DNA of 64,000 bases from Candidatus Latescibacterota bacterium (GTDB taxonomy: Bacteria; Latescibacterota; UBA2968; UBA8231): the NCBI GenBank assembly GCA_965248355.1, contig OZ252098.1, positions 2,240,001-2,304,000 on the forward strand. Direction: 5' to 3'. Positions 18,483-26,703 of this stretch are shown here, in pieces. The number at the start of each line of letters is the position of its first letter. The stretch's first letter is position 1. The position numbers and the translations under genes are program-made. The notes under the pieces are model-generated. The model did no database searches, was not told the DNA's origin, and saw only the letters and a list, made by a program, of their open reading frames with translations.

Positions 18483-19496
18483 TCAATTCAACTCGAGCAA
18501 CTCGAGCCGTGGATTGTCGGTGCGGCCGGGGCGCCGTCCGCGCTTGGCCACGGGGAGGCCGTCCACCTCCTTCACGTCGGCCGTGAAGTCGACGGCGCGG
18601 GCGCCGCTGATGGCGCTGCCCACGCCGTACCCGTCCACCGGGGCGCCCGCCTGCCGGAAGGCGCGGATGCGCTCCGGCGTGAGGCCGCCGGAGACGAGGA
18701 TCCTCACCCCCCGGTGGCCGCCGCCGTCGAGACGGGACCGCACCCGGCCCACCAGCTCGGGCGTGACCCCGCCGAGCTCCGACGGCGTGTCGAGACGCAC
18801 CGCCCACAGCCGCTCCCCCATGGCCCCGGCGACCCTGACACTCTCCTCGGCCTCGTCGGCGAAGGTGTCCACCAGGACGGTGCGCCTCACGGCCGGATCG
18901 ATGTGGCGGTCGAAGGCGAGGGCCGCCTCCAGGGTGTCGCCGTAGAGCAGCACGAGGGCGTGGGGCAGGGTGCCCGTCGCCTCCAGGCCCGACAGGGCGG
19001 CGCCGGCCGGTGTGGCGCAGCCGCTGCAGCCGCCCACGACGGCGGCGTACTCCAGGCGGGGGCTCACGTCGGGATGCACGTGGCGGGCCCCGAAGTGGAC
19101 CACGGGAACGCCCCCGGCCTCGGCCACGCAGGCCGCCGCCGCCGTGGCCCAGCCCGTCTCGCCGGCCAGGGCGCCGAGGAACGCCGTCTCGTAGAGACCG
19201 AAGGCGCGGTACGGGCCGGCGACGCGCAGCACCACCTCTTCCGGCTCGAACCAGCAGCCCTCCGGCAGGCGCTCGACCGCGGCCCCCGCGACCCCGGCCA
19301 GGGCCCGGGCCAGCAGGGCCTCCACCTCGCGCATGCCGCACAGCAGGGCCCGCCGCCGGGCGAAGACCTCGATCACCGCCTGCGGGTCCCGGTCCTCCGC
19401 CTCGAGAACCTGCCGGGAGCGCAGGAAGTAGATGTCGGCGTTCTGCCCCGCCAGCGTCGCCGGCGAGGGCTCGAACCCCGGGGGGGCGGCCGTCAT
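18483..19496 (-). CDS. pncB: Nicotinate phosphoribosyltransferase
   Basis: ADIYF, FGARHVHP, GTLPHAL, LVDTF, VRLDTP, SGG, GVGS. Confidence 0.9.
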   Translation of the reverse strand: MTAAPPGFEPSPATLAGQNADIYFLRSRQVLEAEDRDPQAVIEVFARRRALLCGMREVEALLARALAGVAGAAVERLPEGCWFEPEEVVLRVAGPYRAFGLYETAFLGALAGETGWATAAAACVAEAGGVPVVHFGARHVHPDVSPRLEYAAVVGGCSGCATPAGAALSGLEATGTLPHALVLLYGDTLEAALAFDRHIDPAVRRTVLVDTFADEAEESVRVAGAMGERLWAVRLDTPSELGGVTPELVGRVRSRLDGGGHRGVRILVSGGLTPERIRAFRQAGAPVDGYGVGSAISGARAVDFTADVKEVDGLPVAKRGRRPGRTDNPRLELLELN

Positions 19497-19498
19497 GA

Positions 19499-20026
19499 TC
19501 AGCGGTTGGTGACCCGCGCGCCGAGGATCTTCTCCATGTGATCCAGGGCCCACTCGTGCTGCCGGGGATCGAAGCTGGCCACGCAGTCGGCGGGCACCTC
19601 GACCTCGTAGTCGCGGTTGCGCAGGCCGGCCACCGTGTGCAGCACGCAGATGTCGGTGCAGTCCCCCATGACCACGACGCGCTCGGGACGCAGCTGTTGA
19701 AGCTGCTCGGCCAGGTCGGTCTCGAAGAAGGCGGAGTAGCGGCGCTTGACCACGCGCCTCGCCTCGGCGGCCAGATCGGCGAGCTCGTCGATGATCTCCT
19801 CCTCGCCGGATCCGGCCACGCAGTGGGGCGGAAACATCTTGAACTCGGCGTCGTCGGGCTCGTGCGTGTCCTGGGTGAAGAACAGGTCGGCGCCGGCAGC
19901 CTTCTCGCGCTCGACGCGGGCTCGCATGGGCGCGATGATCCCGCGCGCGCCCTCACCGCAGAACAGGGTGCCTCCGGGCTCCATGAAGCCCTTCTGCATG
20001 TCGACGACGATCACCGCGTTGGCCAT
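19499..20026 (-). CDS. pncA: Isochorismatase-family cysteine hydrolase, probable nicotinamidase
   Basis: VVDMQ, DTH, FPPHC, KRRYSAF, CTDICV; GGAGGAG RBS; directly upstream of pncB. Confidence 0.82.
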   Translation of the reverse strand: MANAVIVVDMQKGFMEPGGTLFCGEGARGIIAPMRARVEREKAAGADLFFTQDTHEPDDAEFKMFPPHCVAGSGEEEIIDELADLAAEARRVVKRRYSAFFETDLAEQLQQLRPERVVVMGDCTDICVLHTVAGLRNRDYEVEVPADCVASFDPRQHEWALDHMEKILGARVTNR

Positions 20027-20189
20027 GTCCACTCCTCCCGCGCCGCTAAGTTACGGCGGCCCTGCCCGGAGGGAAACGCACCCCGCGGCTCACGGCCACA
20101 GCTGTCGACGTCCGGACGGTCCCGGCCGCCGGTGACTATCCTGCAAGAACGCATCCCGTTCACGCGCGACATTTACTCCGCTCGCAGTC

Positions 20190-21227
20190 ATGACAAGGGA
20201 GAGGAAGACGACGTTGAACCTTCTCGATTCTGTCTGCTCGATCCTGCGCGAAGCCCCAGAGCCGCTCCACTACCGCGAGATCACGAAGCGCATCCTCGCT
20301 CGGAAGATATGGTCGACGCGCAGCAAGACGCCGGAGGCGACCGTGAATGCCCAACTATCAGTGGACATCAAGCAGCACGGCGATTCCTCGCGTTTCCGGC
20401 GGGTCGATCGCGGCGTATACGCCCTCACCCACCCGGCAGTTCCTCCGCAGGAGGTGGCCCCCCCGTCTGCCCCATTGTCGTTTCTCGACGCCGCCGAGCA
20501 AGTTCTGCGAGAAGCTGGAGATTCACTGCACTATGAGGAGATCACCAAGCGCGCGCTTGCGGCCGGGCTCATCCGCACGGGAAGCAAGACGCCGGCGGCC
20601 ACGCTGACAGCCAGTGTCGGTATGGACATCCGCAGGCGGAGCGAACGCGGGGAGGGGCAGCGCTTCTCGCGCCCCTCACGTGGGAAGATCGGGCTCGCCG
20701 CCGAGCACTCCCGCAGCGTCACCACCCGGATCGACAAACAGAATCGAGAGGTGGAAGCCCGGCTGCTGAACCGGATCCGGGAGGGATCGCCAAAGGACTT
20801 CGAACACCTTGTCGCGGGGCTGCTCGGTGAGACTGGCTTCCCGGATGTCGAGGTAACCCGCCACAGCGCGGATGGCGGAATCGACGTACGGGGGACGCTG
20901 GTCGTCGGCGATGTCGTACGCGTCCGAATGGCGGTGCAGGCCAAGCGCTGGGAGAGCAACGTCGGCGCGCAGACCGTCCGGGAGATGCGGGGCAGCCTTG
21001 GCGTGCACGAGCAGGGGCTGATCATCACGACCAGTGACTTCAGCTCCGGAGCGCGCAGGGAGGCGGAGCGCCCCGACGCGTCTCCGGTGGCGCTGATGAA
21101 CGGCGAGCAGTTCGCGTCCCTGCTTGCCGAGACAAGGATCGCGGAAGAGATGGGGGTGGAGCGTAAGCCGCTCGTGCTGCTGGCGCTGGGTGAACCGGAT
21201 GCCACCGAAGAGGGCGCCGAACAGTAG
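20190..21227 (+). CDS. mrr: Mrr-family restriction endonuclease with two tandem HARE-HTH domains
   Basis: Two 'LHY.EITKR.L...SKTP.AT' repeats; FEHLV, DGGIDVRG, VQAKRW; start may be TTG 20214. Confidence 0.85.
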   Translation: MTRERKTTLNLLDSVCSILREAPEPLHYREITKRILARKIWSTRSKTPEATVNAQLSVDIKQHGDSSRFRRVDRGVYALTHPAVPPQEVAPPSAPLSFLDAAEQVLREAGDSLHYEEITKRALAAGLIRTGSKTPAATLTASVGMDIRRRSERGEGQRFSRPSRGKIGLAAEHSRSVTTRIDKQNREVEARLLNRIREGSPKDFEHLVAGLLGETGFPDVEVTRHSADGGIDVRGTLVVGDVVRVRMAVQAKRWESNVGAQTVREMRGSLGVHEQGLIITTSDFSSGARREAERPDASPVALMNGEQFASLLAETRIAEEMGVERKPLVLLALGEPDATEEGAEQ

Positions 21228-21289
21228 GAGTCGAACGCCCGCGCCGTTGACACGCGCCTCCCGCGTTCTTGGTCGCCAAGGGGATGGCC

Positions 21290-22020
21290 ATGAGCACGGA
21301 GCTCCTTCCCGGCAAGCATCTCTTCGTGGACGACTTCCGCATCCAGGAGATGCACGCCGCCCGCCGGGTCCTGCATCAGCCCGAGAAGCACCCCCTCAAC
21401 CCGGTGTTGCGTCCCGAGCGGCCCTGGGAGAAGGTGTCGTTGCACGCCGGGCGCCTTCGTCTTCGACGAGGAGCGGGGATGCTTCCGTCTTTGGTACACC
21501 TCCGAGTCGCCACCGTCATCGGCACGCGGGTGCTGGTCCGCGACAATCCTCCCAAGGAATTCCGGGAGTACCAAATCTGCTACGCCGAGTCGGCCGGCGG
21601 CGTCCATTGGGAACGCCCCCATCTGGGCATCACCGCCGGACGGCCTACTGGAAGACGCGCCAGATCGGCCGGCGGGACAGCGACGACTTCGTCCACTGGA
21701 GCGGGAACCGGCCGTCCTGGAGAGCCGCCTCGGCGACACCCCCGGCCTGGAGTTCTACTACCTGCAGGGAGCGGTGCGGAACCAGACCTGGGCCGGCCCT
21801 TTACCTCGGCATGCTCGGCGCCTACCAGGCCGACCTGCGCCGCAAGTACGACCCGGCGCGCAACGACGGCGTCACCGACTGCCAGCTAGCCTGGAGCCGC
21901 GACTCGGTCCGCTGGGAGCGCTGGCCCGAGCCCTTCATCCCCCATGGCGAGCCGGGCTCCTTCGACCGGGCTAGCGTCTACTGCGAGTACCCGGCCATCC
22001 GCGGGGACCCCATCTACTCC
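21290..22020 (+). pseudogene. Frameshifted/deleted beta-propeller glycoside-hydrolase-like gene
   Basis: HLFVDD...PEKHPLNPVLRPERPWE, ICYAES.GGVHWERP, SDDFVHW, CQLAWSRDSVRWER, GSFD distributed over several frames. Confidence 0.7.
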
Positions 22021-22027
22021 GTACATG

Positions 22028-22062
22028 AAAAAGGGCCCGGGAGGAATCCCCCCGGGCCCTTT
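22028..22062 (-). terminator. Intrinsic terminator (possibly bidirectional)
   Basis: Minus strand AAAGGGCCCGGGGGGATTCCTCCCGGGCCCTTTTT. Confidence 0.8.
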
Positions 22063-22120
22063 GAGCGACCGGCCCCGCCTCGATTCACGGCGTCACGCCG
22101 CTATGCGGCCGGTCGACTGG
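22028..22120 (-). ncRNA. Candidate small structured RNA
   Basis: TTGACA at 22154-22149, CGACCGGCC/GGCCGGTCG stem with inner hairpin, then terminator; no convincing ORF. Confidence 0.35.
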
Positions 22121-22173
22121 CCCCCAAGGAAAGGGGAGCATCTTCCTCTGTCAAGGGACAGCAAAGCGGCCGT

Positions 22174-22599
22174 TCAATCTCTCCGCATGCTTTCGAAGTT
22201 GACTTCGTATCTGTCTTCGTCGATCTGATCGTGCGGTGGTTCAAGTCCGACCTCGAACAGAGTGGCGCGTCCATTGCCGAGAATGCCGTACTTCGTGGTG
22301 CTGGCCGAATCCAGGGCCCGGCCCTCCGCATCGTACACGATGATCGTCATCTTGACGCCTTCATCGCTGTCGAAGCCGCTCCCCGAATTGCGCACGAGCA
22401 CCGTGCAGCGAGTGAGTTTGCCGAAGAACAGGCTCAGGTCGACCGAGCCTTCGGCACTGATCACCTCGCCCTTGGGTGCGAAGGCGACGCTCTCGACGGT
22501 GAGAATCTCGTCGAGTTCATCTGGCGTAAGCAGCTTGTCACTTGCGCAACTGACAAGAGCGGACATGCAACCAGCGAGGACGAGGGCGTATTTCATCAT
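22174..22599 (-). CDS. Hypothetical lipoprotein
   Basis: MMKYALVLAGCMSALVSC signal/lipobox; beta-rich mature part; lower GC. Confidence 0.6.
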   Translation of the reverse strand: MMKYALVLAGCMSALVSCASDKLLTPDELDEILTVESVAFAPKGEVISAEGSVDLSLFFGKLTRCTVLVRNSGSGFDSDEGVKMTIIVYDAEGRALDSASTTKYGILGNGRATLFEVGLEPPHDQIDEDRYEVNFESMRRD

Positions 22600-22603
22600 T
22601 GAT

Positions 22604-23473
22604 CTACAGAAACCGCGTGATGCCGAAACCGGTGCGCCAGTTGTCCGGTGCCGCGTCGTACGGCGCTCCCACGAGGTACTGGGACGGACTGAGGCGCGTG
22701 TTGTTGGTGGCGAGCAGGTAGAAGGTGTGCCCGCCCGTATCGAGGGAGAGACCCCAGGCCAGCGAGTGGTAAGAGCGCCCGCTCTCGCCCGGTGACAGGA
22801 TGCCCTGGTAGCCCGCCAGGGCCGGGCTGTACTCCAGCAGGATTCCCCAGGCGTGGTTGATGAAGTACTGGACATAGGTGCCCAGGGTGACGGTGTACTG
22901 CGGATCGACGCTGAAGATGGTGCTGTTGTACACGCAGGAAGGCACCAGTCCCAGGCCCAGCCTGTCGGCGACCATCGTGTTGAGGACGAGCTGGCCGTAG
23001 TACTGGAAGTTGTCGGCCGCGAGAGCACCTCGGTCGACGATGGCCGGCATCTCCGTGTTCCAGGCGGCGCCGGCGTTCAGGGCGAGGACGGCGGGGAACC
23101 GCTCGTGGTGGAACTGCAGCCAGCGGTAGCGGAGCTGCAGGTCGAGGTTGTCGAGCACGTTGCTTCGCCCCAGGGTCAACATCAGGCGGTCGCCGAGGCC
23201 GTAGCTGACGGACGTGCGGATGTTGGCCGGCCCGTCGAAGCCGAAGTTGGCCTTGTATCCCCTGTTGATGGGCGGCACGAAGCGATGGGAGATCTCGTAG
23301 TGGAAGCCGCCCCGGTAGAGGGTTTCAGTCGTGGGATAGTTGGGCGTCACGAGAGCGGTGAAGAGCTCCACTCGGCTCGTGACCGGCGCGCTCGGCTGCC
23401 ACGAGGGCTGGCCGCCGGCCAGGGCCGGAAGGAGCCCGAGGACGACCGTCAGACGCAAATGCCTCAGTTTCAT
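22604..23473 (-). CDS. DUF5777-family beta-barrel protein
   Basis: Signal peptide; ISHRF, FGFDGPANIR, DTGGHTF...TN, GFGITRFL end. Confidence 0.8.
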   Translation of the reverse strand: MKLRHLRLTVVLGLLPALAGGQPSWQPSAPVTSRVELFTALVTPNYPTTETLYRGGFHYEISHRFVPPINRGYKANFGFDGPANIRTSVSYGLGDRLMLTLGRSNVLDNLDLQLRYRWLQFHHERFPAVLALNAGAAWNTEMPAIVDRGALAADNFQYYGQLVLNTMVADRLGLGLVPSCVYNSTIFSVDPQYTVTLGTYVQYFINHAWGILLEYSPALAGYQGILSPGESGRSYHSLAWGLSLDTGGHTFYLLATNNTRLSPSQYLVGAPYDAAPDNWRTGFGITRFL

Positions 23474-24051
23474 TCGATCTCCTCCGGTGCGCCAAGGAAT
23501 ACCGAGACCTCCAGGTCGATCTCCTGGCTCACCTTGACGAAGGCCGCCAGGGCGGGGGCCTCGATGCCGTAGTCGGCCAGCTTCAGGGAGAAGGCGGCCT
23601 CGACTTTGGAGCGCTCCCCCTGCACCACGACGAGGCCGGGCACTCCGATCTCCCGTTCGACCCCGTGCAGGGACAGGGTGCCCCTGGTCTCGACGCGAAA
23701 GGCCGCCACCGACGAATCGACGACGGCGAGCTCGGTGATCTCCCCCTTGTACACCGCCTTGGGCCACTGGTCCGTGTCGAGCACCTCGCGCATGTCGCGG
23801 TCTCGCTTGCCGAGGCCGCTGTCGAAGTCCGCCAGGCTCACCTCGAAGTGGAGCTGGCTCTTCTCCGCAAAGAGGGAATCCCCTTCCCAGTAGATGAAGC
23901 CGTCGATCTGATCGGTCACCCCGGAGAAGCTGAAGGCGGCCACACTCGAGGTGTACCTCACCTGGTTCCCCCGGGCCTTCCTGTCCACGTGCCACTCGCC
24001 CCCCTCAACCGCGAGAGGAAGGCAGATCAGGAAGGCGAGGAGCCCGCGCAT
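23470..24051 (-). CDS. YceI-family protein
   Basis: FDSGLGKRDRDMREVLDTDQWP, GTLSLHGVEREI, LADYGIEAP. Confidence 0.88.
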   Translation of the reverse strand: MRGLLAFLICLPLAVEGGEWHVDRKARGNQVRYTSSVAAFSFSGVTDQIDGFIYWEGDSLFAEKSQLHFEVSLADFDSGLGKRDRDMREVLDTDQWPKAVYKGEITELAVVDSSVAAFRVETRGTLSLHGVEREIGVPGLVVVQGERSKVEAAFSLKLADYGIEAPALAAFVKVSQEIDLEVSVFLGAPEEIE

Positions 24052-24086
24052 GGGGTTCTTCCTTCGGGAGGGCGGCCGGTCCGGCC

Positions 24087-24497
24087 TCAGTCCCTCGGGG
24101 CTCCCCTCTCGATCCAGGCGCGCACGATCTCGAGGGAGGCGGCATCCAGGTACGGCCCCCCGAGAGGCATCCGCCCACCGGAGACCGGGGCATCCGGTAA
24201 CAGCTTGAGATACAGGTAGCTGCTGTCCGGGCGGCCTGGGTGGACCAAGGCGAGACCCTGGGTGCTCTCCACGCCGACGATGTTCCCGTACGCCGTGCCG
24301 GCGGACAGATCGGGCCAGGCGCTGCCACCGTGGCAGCCGCTGGAGGCGCAGGAGACGTCGAAGACCGTCGTCTGCACCCGCTCGAAGGTCGCCGGCCCTT
24401 CGGGGGAGGAATCGAAGACCATGTCCGTGCTCGTGGTCAGGTCGGAGCAGGCCGCGGCGATCACCATCAGGGGGAGCAGCAGGAGAGGCTTCTTCAT
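24087..24497 (-). CDS. Lipoprotein with c-type cytochrome-like domain
   Basis: Lipobox IAAAC; CASSGCH; VHPGRPDSSYLYLKL; RMPLG; WIERGA. Confidence 0.75.
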   Translation of the reverse strand: MKKPLLLLPLMVIAAACSDLTTSTDMVFDSSPEGPATFERVQTTVFDVSCASSGCHGGSAWPDLSAGTAYGNIVGVESTQGLALVHPGRPDSSYLYLKLLPDAPVSGGRMPLGGPYLDAASLEIVRAWIERGAPRD

Positions 24498-24594
24498 GGC
24501 CAATCGGTTCCGAGGACAGGTTGGAATCTCCATCGCGTACACGCATCGACGACAACGTGGCCGATTGGGCCTTCAAGAAAGCGCCGCCCTAACG

Positions 24595-25329
24595 CTAACA
24601 GCTCAAGAGGTCCCGCCACACTTCTGGATACTGCTTCCGAAGATTCTTAAAGGGCTCTTCTTCCCTTCCATCACGCCCAAAGAACCAGGAGGCAAGTCCA
24701 TGGTCGTCCTGATCCCTAATTCCGAGCTTGAGAGACTCCACAGCATCCTCAAAGTCACCAGTCCGAGCGTCCGAAAGGAACGCTTCCACAACGCGCACCA
24801 GATTCCTCGCGGTCTTCTTGCGTGACTCACCGATTGCCTCAATGTTGAGGGGTAAGATTTCGTCGCCGCATGTTGCCCTGCCCTTTGGGTCTTGCTCCTG
24901 ATAATCAACGAGCCATCGTGGGACCAATTGCCCTGTTGTCACATCATAGAACAGATGATCCCATGGATCATCCTTGGTGGGGTCAATGAGCAAAGGAGCC
25001 CCGCTTTGATCCAACGGAAACTGCTCTCCCTTCTGCCTGTTGCAGCCTGCACAGGCTAGAAGAAGATTGCACCAGCGGAAGGCACGTTGTGGGTACTTCC
25101 TCTTCGGCCAAAAGTGCTCGGCATCCGTGCCTCGCGAATCACCACAGTAATAGCACCGTGAACGCTCGATCATCTTCTCCAATGTGTTTCGAACGCACCT
25201 GATCGCTGTTGTCCTTCCAGCAACTTTCCACTCAATGGTGACATCGGCGCCACGCCTTACCCTCTCCTCTCGTCCCTCAAGATCCCTACTGGTAGAAGAT
25301 GGGAGGTCCAGCCTAGTAACTTTCCTCAT
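24595..25329 (-). CDS. HNH endonuclease, Septu PtuB-like
   Basis: CYYC...EHFWPK...NLLLACAGCNRQKG, LLIDPTKDDP; overlaps ATPase stop; low GC. Confidence 0.85.
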   Translation of the reverse strand: MRKVTRLDLPSSTSRDLEGREERVRRGADVTIEWKVAGRTTAIRCVRNTLEKMIERSRCYYCGDSRGTDAEHFWPKRKYPQRAFRWCNLLLACAGCNRQKGEQFPLDQSGAPLLIDPTKDDPWDHLFYDVTTGQLVPRWLVDYQEQDPKGRATCGDEILPLNIEAIGESRKKTARNLVRVVEAFLSDARTGDFEDAVESLKLGIRDQDDHGLASWFFGRDGREEEPFKNLRKQYPEVWRDLLSC

Positions 25330-26605
25330 CCTCAGCGATCTTCGCAAATAGAGAGAGCTGTTCAAGCTGATCCTTCTCTGAGGAGTTGAGTGGCACAGCA
25401 GCACTCTTCGCCTTCAGTTCGGCGTACTCCTTTCTGGCTCTAACCGCACGTGGGGAGCGCGTGTGCTTGAGGCCAAAAGCTGGACTGAGCAGGATCGCAT
25501 TGGGCCGACTGGCTACGAGCCTCTGTTGATCCATAGGAGCAAGCTGGAATGGCCCCAGCTCAGAACTGGGGGGTGGTAGGTGAAACACGCCCTTGTCGTC
25601 GGCAGCCTGACAGATCAGTGGGCTATGGGTTGTTACCAGAAACTGCAGATTGGGGAAGACCGTCTTCAACCAGTCACCAATCACCCTCTGCCATGAGGGA
25701 TGCAAGTGAGCATCTATCTCGTCAATGAGGACAACTCCACTGGAATCAACGTACGGCTCACCGCTTTCTCGGGGCCGAAACCCTTCAAGGCCGTAGACCT
25801 CGATAAGTTGCCGAAGCAGATCGACCAGCATCGCAATTGCGGCTCTGTAGCCGTCGCTCATGTCCTCGAGGGGTAGTACGACTCCATCCGACTGCCGAAG
25901 CTGTAGACCTTCGGAGTCCACTTTGTCAATCTGAATGCTGTGCTGGAGAAATCGATGATTCAGTAATGCGAGTACCTTCTGCAATTCCTCTTTAGCTGGT
26001 TCGTTGCCTTCGAGTTCTCGGTATTTCATCTCCCTCAGCCAAACATCGCCCTCAGCAAGCGTAGCATCCTCCCTAAACATGGTGGCAAACCTTGATACCT
26101 TACCCGGTGTGGACATAACTCGCTGCGCTTCAGGCGAATGGCCGTAAAGGCGCCTAAACGGTCCATATCCTATGCAGAACCAACCGTCAGGAGACTCTAG
26201 CCATGGACCACGGGTTGCACCCTTACCCTTCCGGAGGTACTTCTGCCCCTGGGTCACTGAGATGAGGTCTCCATTCTCCCTGCCGAGTTGAAGTTCGGAC
26301 CAGAATGCCTTGTTATAGCGACGACCTTGTGCGAATCGATCTTGGTTACCTGGAACAAGCTGAACTGCAATCGTACCCCTGTCAGCCCCCTCCCGAATCC
26401 AACCATCCAAAGACGGTTGAAGGGTGCGGCCTGACTGTGGCCCCAGTAGAGCCATGGAGACGGCCTTCAGCAAAGCTGTCTTTCCCGATGCGTTGTCTCC
26501 AGTGAATACTGTCCATCCACTGTACTCACCGTTAGACCTTTCTAGGTTGAAGTCAAGTTGCTCAAAGCCTCGGATGTCTTCGAGAACTATTCTTCTGATG
26601 TACAT
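25313..26605 (-). CDS. AAA/ABC-type ATPase, Septu PtuA-like
   Basis: GDNASGKT Walker A, MSDGYR signature, VLIDEIDAHLHPSWQ, TTHSP. Confidence 0.88.
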   Translation of the reverse strand: MYIRRIVLEDIRGFEQLDFNLERSNGEYSGWTVFTGDNASGKTALLKAVSMALLGPQSGRTLQPSLDGWIREGADRGTIAVQLVPGNQDRFAQGRRYNKAFWSELQLGRENGDLISVTQGQKYLRKGKGATRGPWLESPDGWFCIGYGPFRRLYGHSPEAQRVMSTPGKVSRFATMFREDATLAEGDVWLREMKYRELEGNEPAKEELQKVLALLNHRFLQHSIQIDKVDSEGLQLRQSDGVVLPLEDMSDGYRAAIAMLVDLLRQLIEVYGLEGFRPRESGEPYVDSSGVVLIDEIDAHLHPSWQRVIGDWLKTVFPNLQFLVTTHSPLICQAADDKGVFHLPPPSSELGPFQLAPMDQQRLVASRPNAILLSPAFGLKHTRSPRAVRARKEYAELKAKSAAVPLNSSEKDQLEQLSLFAKIAEDEESY

Positions 26606-26703
26606 GACGGTCTTCCTGTCCTAGTTTTGGGCGGTAAGCCCCTCAGGACCATCGAGTCCAGATTTTATGTATGGCTAGCAAAGCGGGGAAGGGGACCTCT
26701 ATC

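Noticed and set aside
24580..24600. GTTAGCGTTAGGGC after the HNH stop as an integron attC core
   Set aside because: No matching inverse core or hairpin in the right order, and no integron integrase
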